NCBI RefSeq assembly: GCF_006345805.1
Contig: NC_042999.1
Span: 117,056,001-117,120,000, forward strand
Reading direction: 5' to 3'
DNA: 64,000 bases
Source of the DNA: Octopus sinensis
Taxonomy: Eukaryota
Part shown: piece by piece, positions 1 to 13,391 of the stretch
Layout: each line of letters starts with the position of its first letter
Numbering within the stretch: the stretch's first letter is position 1
Notes under the pieces: generated by a model
What the model saw: only the letters and a program-made list of their open reading frames with translations
What the model was told of the DNA's origin: nothing
Databases searched by the model: none
Made by a program: the position numbers and the translations under genes

Positions 1-284
1 AACCCCTCAAACCAGTTGATGGTGTTACACCAGTTGACAGGTTAAGTTTAGAACTACAGAACTGATAAAGTCCACCTAATGAACTTTTACAATTTCTGTC
101 TACCAAATTTCATTTACAAGACTTCTCTCATAACACCTCAAGTCACTTGCACAAAGTGTTGTATAGTTGGACTGAATGCAGAACATCAAGGCAAAGCAAA
201 CCTTTTAATCATATGGCCGTGTCTATAATCAGTAACAATACACATTTATAACAAAGATAGGGGATGTAGAAAATTTAAACTTAC

Positions 285-411
285 TGATGTCCTTGCAATT
301 CAAAAGCAGTTCCCCTTCGGCCACCTATATCCCACACAATGATGGATTGGTCAAAACTACCAGAGAAGAGTAATTTTCTAGAGGAATCCCAACTCAGGCT
401 ACGTACACTTC
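285..411 (-). CDS. WDFY2: WDFY1/2 orthologue, coding exon (exon 7 equivalent, 127 bp)
   Basis: cag|GAAGT...CATCA|gtaagt; translates (G)[41 protein letters not shown], matching the WDFY2 motif LFSGS.D.S.I.WDIGGRKGTA.ELQGH. Confidence 0.96.
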
Positions 412-835
412 CTGTTGACATTTGGAAAGAAAGGTTAAAAATAAAACCATGATTAAATAAAACTTTTTTTTTTTTGAAAATAGGGAATAATATTCAGCAT
501 CTTATTGTGAACATTATCATCTGAAATCAATCTACTTTATCAAAAGATATCACATGACAAAGTTTTTTTTTGAGAGTTATAAGTGAGACTGACTGAAGAG
601 GAAAGAAAGCTTTCCTATCTGCCTTCCTTTTTCTGTCAAGGGCTTATATGCCCCTCTATTAGACTATTTTCCTTAGTCATTGTGCAGTGATTGCCATAAG
701 CTTTAAGAGCATCTGCTCGAAAAGTTAAACCATCATTCTTTCCTTTCCTGAGCGTCTGCTAATACATTACATGTACCACATCCTTGCATTTTTCTTTTTG
801 TGTTTGTTCATTTTTGGATTTACAATATATATATT

Positions 836-2014
836 TTAGGTTGTTTCACGTGAAATGTCGTATTTAAAAGGTAACAATAAAATGTTTCAGAAGTGTTAGA
901 GAACTAATTTATTTAATCAAAGTATGTTTACCCAACGTTTCTCTATGTCATATATTCCATCTTCAAAAAAAAAAAAAAAATCATCATCTTTTGCTGTGAT
1001 AAACTGTCTGAACACTTCAATTATCTCTTCTCTATTTAAGAATGTTTTATTGCTTATGAAAAGCTCTAAATGCTTAAATAAGTATTGATCAGTAAGAGAG
1101 ATGTTAGGGAATAGGGAGGATGTTGCAAAATCTCATAATTCAGGCTTTGCAACTTTTGGACCATAGCTTGAGGAGTGTGAGGACATGCATTGTCTTGGAG
1201 CAAAATTGAGCCATCTCTATTCACTAGTCTGGGTGGCTTCTTTTTCAAATTCTCATGCATACAATCAATATGATGTTGCAGTTATTTTTTTCTTTATTGC
1301 AAAAATGAATAATGAATAACTCCCTTCGCAGACCACCATACAATGACCAATAACTTTTTAGGGTGCAATGGTGGGTCTGGGTAGTGTTTAGGTGACTCTC
1401 CTGTTCTCTAGCTGTTGTCAAAGAGCATTCATTTCTCATCACAAGTAATGATCTGAGGCAAAAATGGTCTTTTTCCAGTTGAGAAAGCAATAAGGAGCAC
1501 ACTTCGAGACATCTAGTTCAGTGGATATGGAGCAAAACATATCTGCTTTCTTGACTCTTACAGGTGTCCAAAAACAGTTGTGCAAGATGTTTGGAGTTTT
1601 GTTGAAAGTTTTTGAACCTTTATGCTCGGATTTTGTTCAACCAAAGCATCATGCCACATAACTGATTTTGGCCTTCCTACCCCTTGGTTTATTTTCAAGG
1701 CTATCATCTCCTGAATGAGAGTTTTGGAACCATCTCCGAGTAGTTCTGATGTCAACAAAACCATTACCCAAGGCCTGCTTGATATTCCGTAGAGCTTCTG
1801 CAGCAGAGTGACCCAGTTTGTACTCATACAAGAAAATCATTCATAGCTTGCTTGTTATCATTTTCATAAGGTCTATGGGTTGGGTATGAATTTTGTATAC
1901 CAATATTGTTGAGAAAGAAAAAGAGTCAAGATTATATGCAAGGTATACTTAACTGAGTGTTTTTAAATGACTGAAATAAATTAAAAATGCGACATTTCAT
2001 ATGAAAGAACCTTG
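836..2014 (-). mobile_element. Near full-length degenerate mariner (DD34D-type) transposon
   Basis: Fragmented transposase: HTH region (IFLYEYKLGHSAAEALRNI...WF...SGDDSLENKPRGR) and catalytic region (LLQDNACPH...LQHPPYS); imperfect ~29-bp TIRs at ~836-865 and ~1986-2014; TA runs on both sides. Confidence 0.9.
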
Positions 2015-2016
2015 AG

Positions 2017-2074
<58 letters not shown>
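2017..2074. repeat. (TA)n microsatellite at the mariner terminus
   Basis: Direct reading. Confidence 0.95.
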
Positions 2075-2076
<2 letters not shown>

Positions 2077-2590
2077 CATTTAGCATCTGCTTTCCATGTT
2101 GGCATGGGTTAGACAGTTTGACTGAAACTGGTAAGCTGGTGGGCTGGACAAGGTTCCATTCTAATCTGGCATGGTTTTTACAACTGGATGCCATTCCTAA
2201 TGCCAACTACTCCAAGAATGTAATGGGTGCTTTTTACATGATACTGGCATCAGCCATGACTACGGTTTTACTTGGTTTGACAGGTCTTCTCAAGCACAGC
2301 CTATCACCAAAGGTCTCAGTCATTTACCATTGTCTCCACGAGGCCTAATATTTGAAGGATGCTAGTTACATGATACCGGCACCAGCCACAACCATGATTT
2401 CATTGTCGGGTAGCATGGCTGTTCGCACACAAACATCATACAATCTGCCTTTCACTTTGAGCGAGAGGCCCTTCATTACCAACAGAGGTAGGAGCTCTCT
2501 GAACTTTGCCCAACCTATTGTTATTCTAGCAGCTATGCTCTTGGAGCATCCACCTCCGCTACTGGCTTGGTCACCAAGATAACAGAAGCT
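2075..2590 (-). mobile_element. RTE-clade LINE 3' fragment, internally deleted
   Basis: Minus strand LGDQASSGGGCSKSIAARITIGWAKFRELLPLLVMKGLSLKVKGRLYDVCVRTAML (RTE ORF2 C-terminal region), followed by the family 3' end ...aacccatgccaacatggaaagcagatgctaaatgat. Confidence 0.85.
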
Positions 2591-2908
2591 ATTAATTACT
2601 TCTAGCTTTCACCCCTGACTTTTGATGGAGTCTATTTTCTGTACATATATGTTCAAAAGAAGTTTAAGTTAGAACTTTATTGTAAGCTTTATTCATTTGT
2701 TACTTATACTCCATTGCAAAGTAACACATGCCACATCAAAATATTGCTGCTCTCTAGCAACGTAGCATGCATCCTACCTTGAGAAACGCCTGTTTAGATA
2801 ATGTTTACAAACTATAAAATTTAGCTCAATAAACAGATGGTAATTACTAGAAGGAAGACAGGCAGAAGTGAATGAGAGAGTGAGTGAGTTAGAGAGATGA
2901 TTACTCAC

Positions 2909-3021
2909 CTGAATGTCCCTTGAAAGTAGTAATTAAATCAAAACAGTTGTTTTTAACTTTTAACACAGATATGTGTCCAGAATAATCTCCAACAAAGGCA
3001 TATTTTGATTGCTCATCAAAT
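2909..3021 (-). CDS. WDFY2: WDFY1/2 orthologue, coding exon (exon 6 equivalent, 113 bp)
   Basis: aag|ATTTG...TTCAG|gtgagt; (E)FDEQSKYAFVGDYSGHISVLKVKNNCFDLITTFKGHS(G); phases join both neighbouring exons in frame. Confidence 0.96.
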
Positions 3022-4224
3022 CTTAACAATGGTTAAGTAAAATAAATTAGTTATCACAACAGGAATATTTTATTCTCATTATGAATAGCAAATGAACTGA
3101 AAGGTCAAAGATTATCTCAAAAGCCTTTATTCAAAGCTTGGTTAAAGGATAATGTTAGAATGTAATTTAAGTCAGATAATGAGAAACAATATATGTTTGT
3201 GTGTAGATGCAAATGTGGAGAAAAGTTAGAAAGCGGGGTGAAGGGATAAACATTAACTGTATATATATATATATATCAGTATATTGGCAGGATGAAAGGG
3301 CAACAGAGAGAGAAATCAAAGAGATGTAGAAAGAGGCAATGATATTAAAATACAAAAGAGAAGGAATAAGAAGCCTAAATGATACTACAAATAAATGAAA
3401 TGATGAAGTAGATACTCTACAAAAGAAACATCCATTATTTAATGGTTTAGTCATGAGAAACAGGACTAGAATCATGGTCTTTGCTTGACTGTTGAAACTG
3501 ATGCAGTTGGTTTTTGACTTGAATATATCTGTAAAGTGACAGCAATGTGAGGGAAAAGGAATTCCAGATGGTTGATACTCTGTGTTGGTAATGATCATGT
3601 GACGGAAGGAAAGGATACAAAAGATTAATACAGGGCCTTTGGGTGTAATGGAAATAAGAGACAAGTATGGTGATAACTTGGCGAAAGTCATAAGCAAACA
3701 GATATATCTGAGGAACAAAGATCATTGTAGTAGAAAAAGCAAAGTAAGAAGATGGCAAGTCATTGGGCTAGACACCTAGCAGAACTGGCTCTATGGAAGT
3801 CACACTAGTGGTCACCAAAGAGAAAGAAATCTGAAGTGATAAATGTCTGTAGTCAAGTTTGCTTGTTCACCCAATTTGGAAAAATTAAGCCATAACCATC
3901 TCATCTTTTTCTCTGACAAAGTACATTATTCAATGTGTCCTACATAAGACAATATGGTGTGATATGAGGTTTGACAGCTATTTCTAGCAGGTTGGATGAC
4001 CTTAGTCACTTCTTTGGATATGGGAGTAAAACAGAGTGAATGTTGGTGGATAATAAATTGTTTCATGGATTGCTGCAAACCACTGTGTTAATAATCCCCG
4101 AGAGAAACAATCAGCTGGGTCAATGACTTGTGGCTAGGTTTCATATCCAAAGTGGATTAGTTGAAGGATAATACAGAGGTTAACAGTTCAGTTAATATAT
4201 GTTGAATTTAATAATTCTTTCTCT

Positions 4225-4432
4225 AATGTTTGGTACAAGGCCAGAAATCTTGAGGGAAGGGTGAAGTCAATTACATCACCCCCAGTGCTGCACTGGTACT
4301 AATTTTAATGACCTCAAAAGATGAGAGACAAAGTTGACCTCAGTGGTGTTTGAACTCAGAATATACAGTCAGAAGAAATGCCACAACTAAGCATTTTGTC
4401 TGACATGCTAATGATTCTGCCAGCTCACCATC
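4225..4432 (-). mobile_element. tRNA-derived SINE, family 1 (old copy)
   Basis: Matches the many in-window copies (gagctggcagaatcattagc...gagttcaaa...gtcaactttg...agtaccag); about 30 further copies or fragments at 8060-9235, 13740-17370, 22195-22385, 37430-37600 and 61320-64000. Confidence 0.8.
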
Positions 4433-5294
4433 TTGTTGAAGTGAATAATTAAGCAAAAAGATGGATGACAGGACAGAATTTTAATCACAAGTGGCTTTCT
4501 GGATGATCCTGTTTCATATGTATGCAAGTAATAGGATAGAGGTTAGTTTTCAATTAGTTGCTTTTTCTTTGGAAAGACAGGAATCTCAGTCTCAAATGGT
4601 GGTATTTTATATCAAGGGTGATGCAGAAGATAATGCATATTTTGCAGCCCGAGTAGAGTTGGCACTACTTCTCACTCCTGCCTTTTTTTTTTGGCCTAGT
4701 CAGAAAAGGAGAGCAGCATTCATGATCTTTTTTTCACAAGACTTCTAAGAGTGGTGCAGTAGGGAATGGCAGGAATCAGGACTTATGACTTACTGCTGCA
4801 GGAAATGAAGTTATCCTCAAACTGGAGATCTCATCCCTCTGCTTATCATGAAATAGCCAAGTTATGGTATTAAACCAAGAATTATTTTAGGTCTGGCACT
4901 CAAAAATAAATACAGTTTGATGGGCTTCTATATAGTTTCCATCTGTCCAATTCCAATCACAATTCCACTTTGGGTTGACCCAAAGTAAAGGCAGAAGACA
5001 AAGTATACACAATGGAATTAAACACAGAGCAACAGGACTGAAAAAGCAAGCTTCTGAAATATGTCTCATGCCTGCAACCATTAAGATAAAGAACTGGCCC
5101 TCAAATCTTTTGCATTCAGGTAAATGTGTTACTGATTATATCACGAAGTGCACATCATTTTTTAAAGGAATGCAACATAGTATAGTTCTGGAGATGATTA
5201 GGTGAATTGCGAATCCATGCGATACATATGGTGCTTATGGACAAGAGTAAAATAGCTTGTGAATGGCATGGCTTTTAAGTTTTAAGTTTCCTTC

Positions 5295-5530
5295 ACAAGT
5301 CACACTGACTCATAGGGGCCAGTTTCTTGGTTTCCATGGTATGTAAATTATTCAGCTGGACAGGATGCCTGACCATCACAGGATTACTCATTTTTGCCAG
5401 TAGAGTTGACTGGAGTAATGTGAAATGAAATCTTTAGTTCAAGAACACAATGCATTGTCTGGTCCTAGAATCAAAACCACAATCTTACGAGCATGAGTCC
5501 AATACCCTAACCATAAAGCCATGCACCTCC
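5295..5530 (-). mobile_element. tRNA/CORE-type SINE, family 3
   Basis: tRNA-like head and tgtgttcttgaactaaag core-like segment; homologous to 10640-10970 and 55430-55600. Confidence 0.7.
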
Positions 5531-5943
5531 ACAGGGCATGGTTTTGCAATGTGTTGCTGTACAAGATGGGTAGTTTCAGGACATAACAGTTGTGAATCAA
5601 CAGAGTGAGGTCCCATGTAATCGTTGAAGAGTAGCCCAAGTAGCCATGGAAAATGTAGAGGAAATTGCTGGATAAATGTCAAGATAACAGAGCTTGAAAA
5701 ACCTCATTTTAAAAAAAAGTTTAACATTTGTAATTAAAAGACCTGAAATTTTGTAGGTCATCTAATCTAAAATTATATATATAATTTGACATCAAAGTGT
5801 ATATTTATCTATGCACGTAAAAAAATGCATACACACACATGTACATCAAGTAAGCATGTACACACATACCTAGCAAATATGCATGCACACATTCACACAC
5901 ACACCATAAAAATTATTTGTAAACCAGAAGTGTTAAAGGATAC

Positions 5944-6094
5944 TCAAGGCAGAGGCACCATGAAGTGGCTTGATATCCTCCTAATCGTCGACCAGTTTCT
6001 GAACAATGCCACTGGAAGTAACGGTCCCGGCCACAGCTGAGGACCCATTCACAGCTCAATGAAAATATAATAGCATTTACTCGACCAAAATGGG
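5944..6094 (-). CDS. WDFY2: WDFY1/2 orthologue, coding exon (exon 5 equivalent, 151 bp)
   Basis: cag|CCCAT...CTTGA|gtatcc; (A)HFGRVNAIIFSLSCEWVLSCGRDRYFQWHCSETGRRLGGYQATSWCLCL(E); lies within ORF-track 5913..6176. Confidence 0.97.
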
Positions 6095-7261
6095 CTGCAA
6101 AAGGAGAAGTAAATAAATGTTTGTTAGGTGAAGAAAAGAAAAAAAAATGGTGGTATTGAAACAAATAAACAAGCAAACATGCAACACAGTCTTTACCAAT
6201 GCTATTGCTGTGGTTATTGTTGTATCCATTATATTCATCGTTACATGCAAACCACCAACTTTTAAAGCGGGAGTGGCTTTTCCAACATCAAGAGAATAAA
6301 TTGTCAGTAGGGTCTTCTACTCTTTCTATCACTTCAGACAGTATGAGGGTTGTGCCAGTATTTTCAAAGCCAATTCTGTGGTATGGGAGAGAATCAGATT
6401 TAAACCCAGTACTTAACTGGTACTTTACAGACCTTGCAAAGGTGAAAGGTATAATTGACATCAGTGAGGTTTGTACTCAGAGTGTAGAGAGCCAGAACAA
6501 ATACCACTAAGTATTCTAAGATTTTTTTGGCCTGCCTCATTATATAACATATCACTATATTTAACCATCAATTATTATCAATGAGGTCACTTAAATTGAT
6601 AGAAATAATAGCTAAATCTTGTTTAAATCACAGCTCATCATCTTATAAGATGGGGGAAGGACATTAGATAATGCAGTCCTAAATATCTCTAAAAATAAAT
6701 TAGGATGGTCACTTCTGGAATGGATATTCACAGGGTTGCTTGATCAGAGTTGGCTTGGAACAAACAAACAACAACCACAAAAACCATCATCACCACCAAT
6801 ATGGTTCTATGTAGGCTGGTATGGTTTTGTTATTCATCACTAGATTAATTTTGACCTATGAACATAGATACATTGGATACAGGGCTGAAAAAGATGGGAT
6901 AGTAACAGGTGGAACATCTCTGATCATAAACATGATCAAACAACACTGAGGCTAAATAATAACTCTTATATAGAGTTACTTGGCTCCTTAATACAGCTCT
7001 CAAGCAAGGGTAATTGTAGTTAAGTCACCATTATAACTAACAACATCTGTTTTAACATACAAAAATAGATTTTAAATGAAAATTATCGTACAGACATTTT
7101 ATAGATCATGATTAACCGTATCTGTTACTATTATGCAAAACTGCAAAAGCAACCTGATGAAGTTTTATGTCTAATGAAGGAATATTACGTTACATTTATT
7201 AAAATTTGGAATATCTATTAACTGTTGTCTAAAGAAAGACAGGCTTTGATTTCAAACTTAC

Positions 7262-7316
7262 CAAGATAATCCCTGACATGCGTCATCCGATTATAATCTT
7301 CAGAAATTGTAAACTC
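7262..7316 (-). CDS. WDFY2: WDFY1/2 orthologue, coding exon (exon 4 equivalent, 55 bp)
   Basis: ttttcttccag|GAGTT...TCTTG|gtaagt; EFTISEDYNRMTHVRDYL(A). Confidence 0.96.
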
Positions 7317-7859
7317 CTGGAAGAAAAAAAATACATACATATATATATCACCATCCTATCCTAGCATCCATCAGACAAGTTTTATAATTGATGTAATTTT
7401 TCTATGGTCAGACACTTTTCCTGTTACCAGCCTTCACTTGTTTCCTAGCAGGACAATATTTGCTACTGTCTTTCATATGAGAGCTGGACATAAAACAGCA
7501 GTTGTAAATGAAGACAGTCTATATGGTGACTGTTTATTCTGCATACATGCTTATGCAACACTCAATATCAAGACTAGGGGAAGATGCACGCGTGCGCATG
7601 CACACACACACACACACAAAGCTTTGTATAGTTCCTACTGACAATTTTACTCACAAAGCCTTGAGGTGACCATTACTATAGCCACCTTAAGGCAGGTGCC
7701 TCTAGAAATAGACATCTACCCCAGGAGAAAGCTGAAATCGCATGGTTGTGAAGTAAACTGCTTAACCTCGTGTGTGTGTTACAATAATAATAATCAAAAT
7801 ACGGTACAAGGCTGGTAGAAATTGGGATGAGATGGTGGGTGGAACAATGGGTTAGTTGA

Positions 7860-8074
7860 TTAATCCATTAGCATTTAAACTAGTCCAGAAATCCTTGATT
7901 TATGTTTAAACTGGCCAGATCCAGGTTCTCACACCTATCCAATCATGTCATTCTAAAATTAAACAATCATTTTATCAAAATCTTGACGCATCAAGATAAC
8001 ATATGATTAATTCATAATAATGTGGATGCATTAGCATTACATTCGACAGAGCAATCTAAACATTAAAGGGTTAA
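7860..8074 (-). mobile_element. TTAA-flanked piggyBac-type MITE (family P1)
   Basis: TTAA...cattaaagggTTAA; reverse complement of the copies at 59811-60034 and 61794-62020. Confidence 0.85.
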
Positions 8075-9234
8075 ATTAACATAGCTACTTGACAGGTACT
8101 GTATTTTCTTGACTTAGAGGCATAAAGGGCTAAGTTGACATTGTGGCAGAATTTGAACCCAGAACAAATTTGAAGCCAGAATAAATATTGACCTCAAATT
8201 TTGGTATAATACAATTACATCGACCCCAGAGTTCAGCAGGTACTATTTTATTGACCCCAGAAGGATGACAAGCAAAGTCGTCCTTGGTGGAATTTGAACT
8301 CAGAATGTAAAGACAGACAAAATGCTGCTAAGCATTTTTCCTGGTGTGCTAACAATTCTGTCAGCTCACTGCCAAAGAGCCAGAATAAATATTCCAAGGC
8401 ATTTTGTTTGGTACCCTAATGATTTTACTAATTCACTGCAACAACAGTAGTAGTAGTAGTAAATTCTGAAGTTGTTAATAATGCCACAAATTTTGAAGAC
8501 AAGATATAGTCAAAGAATTCAGTGCTTGACTGGAATGTATTTTACTGACCTCATTGAAAGGATGAATGTCAAAGTGGCCCTGAGAATATAAAGGAGGCAT
8601 CTAAATATCACAAGATACAAGCATCAAGTTTATGGGTGAAGAAACTTGATTGTATCAAAACCAGTATTTCCCTGCTTCTCTGGTACTTATTTTATCAAAC
8701 TCAGAATGTAATGGGATGGCTAAATGCCAAAAAGTATTTTGTTCAATACTTATCTCATTGCTTTATTTTTTTTTATATATAAAATTATATTTTACATAGG
8801 CACAAAACCACAAATTTTGGATGGGGAAATCATTTATTAAATATGTTACATTATTGACCACAGACAGATGAAAAATAAAGTTGACCTCAGCAGGACTTGA
8901 ACTAAGAACATAAAGAGTCAGAATAAATATTGTGTGGCATTTTGCTTGATACTTTAACAATCCTACCAACCCACCACTTAGGCTTAATTTCAAGGGTTTA
9001 CATCCTCATCTGCCCTTAAAGTCCAAACAGTATGAAGATTCATTCAAGATTCTGTCTGCAGCTTGAAGAAGCTTAGGAGACACTAGCATTAGTTACTTAA
9101 AACAACCCCCCCAGTATTTGGTTGGTACTTATTTTATCAATCCTAGAAGGTTGACAGGCAAAGTAAGCTCAGAACATAAAAAGCCAGAAACAAAGAACAC
9201 AAAGCATTCTGTTCAACAAACAATTCTGCCAACC

Positions 9235-9421
9235 CATCATTTATTGAAGGACATCATTTATTGAAGGACATCATTCATTGAAGGACATCATTTATTGAAG
9301 GACATCATTTATTGAAGGACATCATTTATTGAAGGACATCATTTATTGAAGGACATCATTTATTGAAGGACATCATTTATTGAAGGACATCATTCATTGA
9401 AGGACATCATTTATTGAAGGA
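9235..9421. repeat. 17-bp minisatellite (CATCATTTATTGAAGGA) x11
   Basis: 11 contiguous units with no spacers; one T>C variant in units 3 and 10. Confidence 0.97.
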
Positions 9422-9454
9422 CACACATAAAAAGATCAAGAGTAAAATTTAATC

Positions 9455-9860
9455 CAAATTTCATCTCATACTCTTTTACTTGTTTCAGTCATTTGACTGC
9501 AGCCATGCTGGAGCACTGCCTTGAAGGGTTTTAGTTGAAGAAATTGATCCCAGGACTTATTTCTTAAGCCTAGTACTTATCCTATCAGTCATCTTTGCCA
9601 AACTGCTAAGTTACAAGGATGTAAACACACCAACACTAGTTGTCAAGCATTAATTGGGGGGGGGGGGAGAGACAAACACAAAGACACACATAGATATATA
9701 CATTTATGAATGTGTGTGTATGTATATACACACATTTATGTGTCTACCAATGCTTTGGTCGGTCCGAGGCAATAGTAGTAAACACTTGTCCATGATGTCA
9801 TACAGTGGGACTGAACCTGGAATTGTGTGGTTGGAAAGCAAGTTTCTTACCACACAGTCA
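9455..9860 (-). mobile_element. tRNA/CORE-type SINE, family 2
   Basis: Minus-strand head (gtgtggtaagaaacttgctttccaaccac...ggttcagtccca), ggacaagtgtttactac core-like block, tail ...gcatggctgcagtcaaatgactgaaacaagtaaaagag; further copies at 29625-29935, 30910-31140, 39215-39380, 51770-52135, 53800-54215, 54525-54885, 57285-57690 and 59200-59540. Confidence 0.85.
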
Positions 9861-10184
9861 TGCCTGCATCTATGGAACTACTTAATAGAACAGAGGTCTA
9901 TAAAGTGTCAGTTGCCAGGTCTTAGATGTATGATGGAAGGATGCAAACAGACAGCTGAGTGGATAGGGGTCACAACAGTCTACAAACCCATGGATAGGAA
10001 ACTTGTATTTTGCTGGTTTTACTGTAACAGGTCTATAGTTAAAACAAGTTAATTTGAAATGCTCCAGTCCAGATATTTATAAGTCATACCATAAGGTAGC
10101 ACTATGAAACAAGCAGTTTGTTAGCTTCTAGAGTTAGTAAAGACTAGTGTGCAATAAATATATTTACTCCAGTGATTCATATGA

Positions 10185-10395
10185 TCATCGTTTAACGTCT
10201 GCTTTCCATGCTAGCATGGGTTAGACGATGTGACTGAGGACTGGTAAACCAGATGGCTGCACCAGGCTCCATCTTGATCTGGCAGAGTTTCTACAGCTGG
10301 ATGCCCTTCCTAATGCCAACTACTCCTAGAGTGTAGTGGGTGCTTTTACGTGCCACCGGCACAAAGGCCAGTCAGGCGGTATTGGCAATGGCCAC
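10185..10395 (-). mobile_element. RTE-family 3' end fragment
   Basis: gtgccggtggcacgtaaaagcaccc...ggcattaggaagggcatccagctgtag...catgctagcatggaaagcagacgttaaacgatg on the minus strand. Confidence 0.8.
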
Positions 10396-10639
10396 GAAAA
10401 AATCTTTTTTTTTATTTTTATCCCAAATTTTTACAGATTTATCTGTCCACTCTGCTGGGTTGTTGGTGTAAGAAAGGCCATCCAGCAGCAAAAACCACGT
10501 CAAAAGAAATACAGAAGTCTGGTGCAGGCTTCTGTCAAACCATCCAACTTATGCCAGAATGGAAGGCAGATATTAAATGATGATCTCTGGGTTTGCAAGA
10601 AACAATGTGGAAAAACAAACAAAAATTACATGAATAAAT

Positions 10640-10970
10640 AAACTGGCACATTCTGTCAGATACGACGACGAAGGTTCCAGTTGATCCCATCAATGGAAGA
10701 GCCTGCTCATGAAATTAACATGCAAGTGGCTGAGCACTCCACAGACATGTATACCCTTAACATAGTTCCCAGGGAGATTCAGTATGACACAGAATGTGAT
10801 AAGGCTGTCCCTTTGAAATACAGGTACAGCTAAGTTTTGCCAGCTGAGTGGACTGGAGCAACATGAAATAAAGTGTCTTGCTCAAGGACACACCATACTG
10901 CCAGGAATTGAACTTACGTTCTTGTGATTGTGAGCTGAATAGCCTAACCACTAAGCCATGTGCCTTCACG
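10640..10970 (-). mobile_element. tRNA/CORE-type SINE, family 3
   Basis: Minus strand: tggcttagtggttagg (A box), gttcaattcc (B box), tgtccttgagcaagacactt (CORE-like). Confidence 0.8.
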
Positions 10971-11623
10971 TAAATAAATGTTAGAACAGATGAAAATTTT
11001 TGGGTGATGGGCAGCAATGGAAGTTTATGATTATTTCTTCCACCTTAAATCTATTACATGGTACATACAGTATGTGTGTATATTATATTCTTTTATATCA
11101 TTCCTGTGTCTCTTCAAGGAGTGGGCAGACAATAGGCTAATTAGTTTTTCATTGACTTAGCTGAATTTTATTGTAGAGGTTCAACACAGTTCATGATGTA
11201 AATGCAGCTAATGCACGACAATAGTAATGAGCATGATAATAATAATAATAATAATTAGAAAAATAATAATCATAATATAACTAGCATAAAAATAAATAAT
11301 AGTTTGTCTCTTTTGACTACTTCATTGTTCTAACCAACATCCAAAGTATATGCAGAAACCAGTTTGACTGGCAACAGTCATCAGTTTATGAACATGAGCA
11401 AAATATCTGATGCTATAAATAATTAATCAATAGGGAAAAAAATAATAGGATAAAAATATTTGCCCTACTTTTATTTTATTTTGCTTTATTTTATTTATTT
11501 ATTTTAGTTATTTATAAAATTAATCCCCACTGAACATTATGTGGTCATATGATCAAGAAATTGTTTCTCAGTCACGTGATACTAGGTTTCATTCCTCAAC
11601 ATGGTTCCAGTGTCTTCTACCAT

Positions 11624-11899
11624 AGCCTTGGGTCAACTAATGTCTTGTGAGTAAAATTAGGTCGACAAAAACTGTGCAGAAGCTTGAAGGATGAGCAGTC
11701 CCAATTCTTATGTGATAGACTTAATCTGTCACCAAATTTAATACCACCAACACCAGAGCCTTGGGTCAACTAATGTCTTGTGAGTAAAATTAGGTCGACA
11801 AAAACTGTGCAGAAGCTTGAAGGATGAGCAGTCCCAATTCTTATGTGATAGACTTAATCTGTCACCAAATTTAATACCACCACCACCAGAGCCTTGGGT
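11624..11899. repeat. 133-bp tandem duplication
   Basis: Two near-identical units; AGCCTTGGGT at 11624, 11757 and 11890. Confidence 0.97.
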
Positions 11900-13056
11900 G
11901 GAGAGGATTCACTGTAAGGCAATTATTCTGAATATATTTCCAACCCGAGAATTATTTGACATTTTGATATGTTGTTTCTTAATGCAACAATCTTTGAACT
12001 AGTAGTTCCCTTCCATTCAAGGAAGCCCTGTAATAAAATGTCATGAGTAATGCCCTTTCTCCTTTAGTTAAGCAAAAAATAACCCTAAAATATAGCTGAG
12101 TGTGATATATAGACTGTCAGCAGGAACTTAAGAAAAAACAAAAATGAGAAACAATAGGCTTCTGCATGCAAGAACATAAATTAACTCCATGTTTCTGGCT
12201 TCAAGTCTCAGGTTTTTAGTTTTAAATAGAATTTAGTCAGATAATGGTGTTAATGAGAAGTTGCTGGAGTAGTGGTAATTATGATATATGACTGTGCTTC
12301 AGCCTTGATCTATCAGTAGAGATAAATTGGTCAAACGGACAATGCTGGGTTTCAGAGAAATGATTTTATTGTGTGTTGCCTCAGTTTTTCCACCTGTCAA
12401 AAATAGGTGCTAGATTATCTTGGAATGTTGCTGATGATGGATTACTGTGTTATCCAGGGAAAAAGAATTTTGTCATCCACTTGATGATATAAAACTAGTT
12501 TTTACAACTGATCATAAAAAGGGCTATGACTAAAACAAAATTTACCAAATTTTTTCCTTTTAATTCTGGCCTTCCTTAATACAGTCAAATGGCTGACATT
12601 GATGAGTCAACACGACAACCTGCTAGAAATAGTAATCCAACTTCCCTTAAATTGCATACCCAATAGTTTAAAAAAAAAGAACCACTGTAGATAAGGTAGT
12701 CCCAGATACATTATGACTGATGAAAAATACATTGGATGGTTATGGCTGGAACATCTTTGATCATAGGCCTGCTTGATCAAATTAAACACCAAAAAGAATA
12801 TAACAAAAGTGACATTACAAATGAACAAAATCTAAATGGAATTTTCCTCACAAGGACTAAATATTTGATGCCTGTCGCTGTGAGGTCAGAAACAAAAAAA
12901 AAAAACATGAAATAAAGAGAGACCAGCTGACAAGTTGATTTATATACTCAGAATGCTTTCAAACCCTCTTGAACAAATGAAAGACCAAGCGGCTTTCTTT
13001 CACTAATGTGAAATTGTGGTCATTAATACAGAGGGAATATTGAACAATGATACACA

Positions 13057-13224
13057 TACAAGGAGTGTTCAAAAAGCATTCAACTTTTATTTTTTCTCAC
13101 TAAAACTAAATCCTTTGGATAAGAGGTGATGCCACCCTTCTTGCACACGCATGAAAATTTGTGTTGGTAGGCTGTGTCAGTTCCTGGCTGTTACACTCAG
13201 AGTACTTCTTGAACACACCTCATA
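13057..13224. mobile_element. mariner-type MITE
   Basis: TA-flanked imperfect TIRs tacaaggagtgttcaaaaagcattc / gagtacttcttgaacacacctcata. Confidence 0.7.
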
Positions 13225-13391
13225 AATGCATACACAGATATATCTACATGCAAGTATATATATCTAGACACATGTAATTTTTAACACTTTAGTTGAGTCC
13301 AAGAAATGAATTCTTTGTGAAGTGTTAGTGTCTCCATCCTCAAACATGTCCTAATCTTTCTAAGTGCCCCACAGTCTCAATAAACACCACA

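Noticed and set aside
3167-3758. Long ORFs 3167..3718 and 3447..3758
   Set aside because: Low-complexity GA-rich or decayed repeat sequence with no recognisable domain or splice context.
9235-9421. CRISPR array
   Set aside because: Contiguous units with no spacers, no cas genes, and a eukaryotic intron context.
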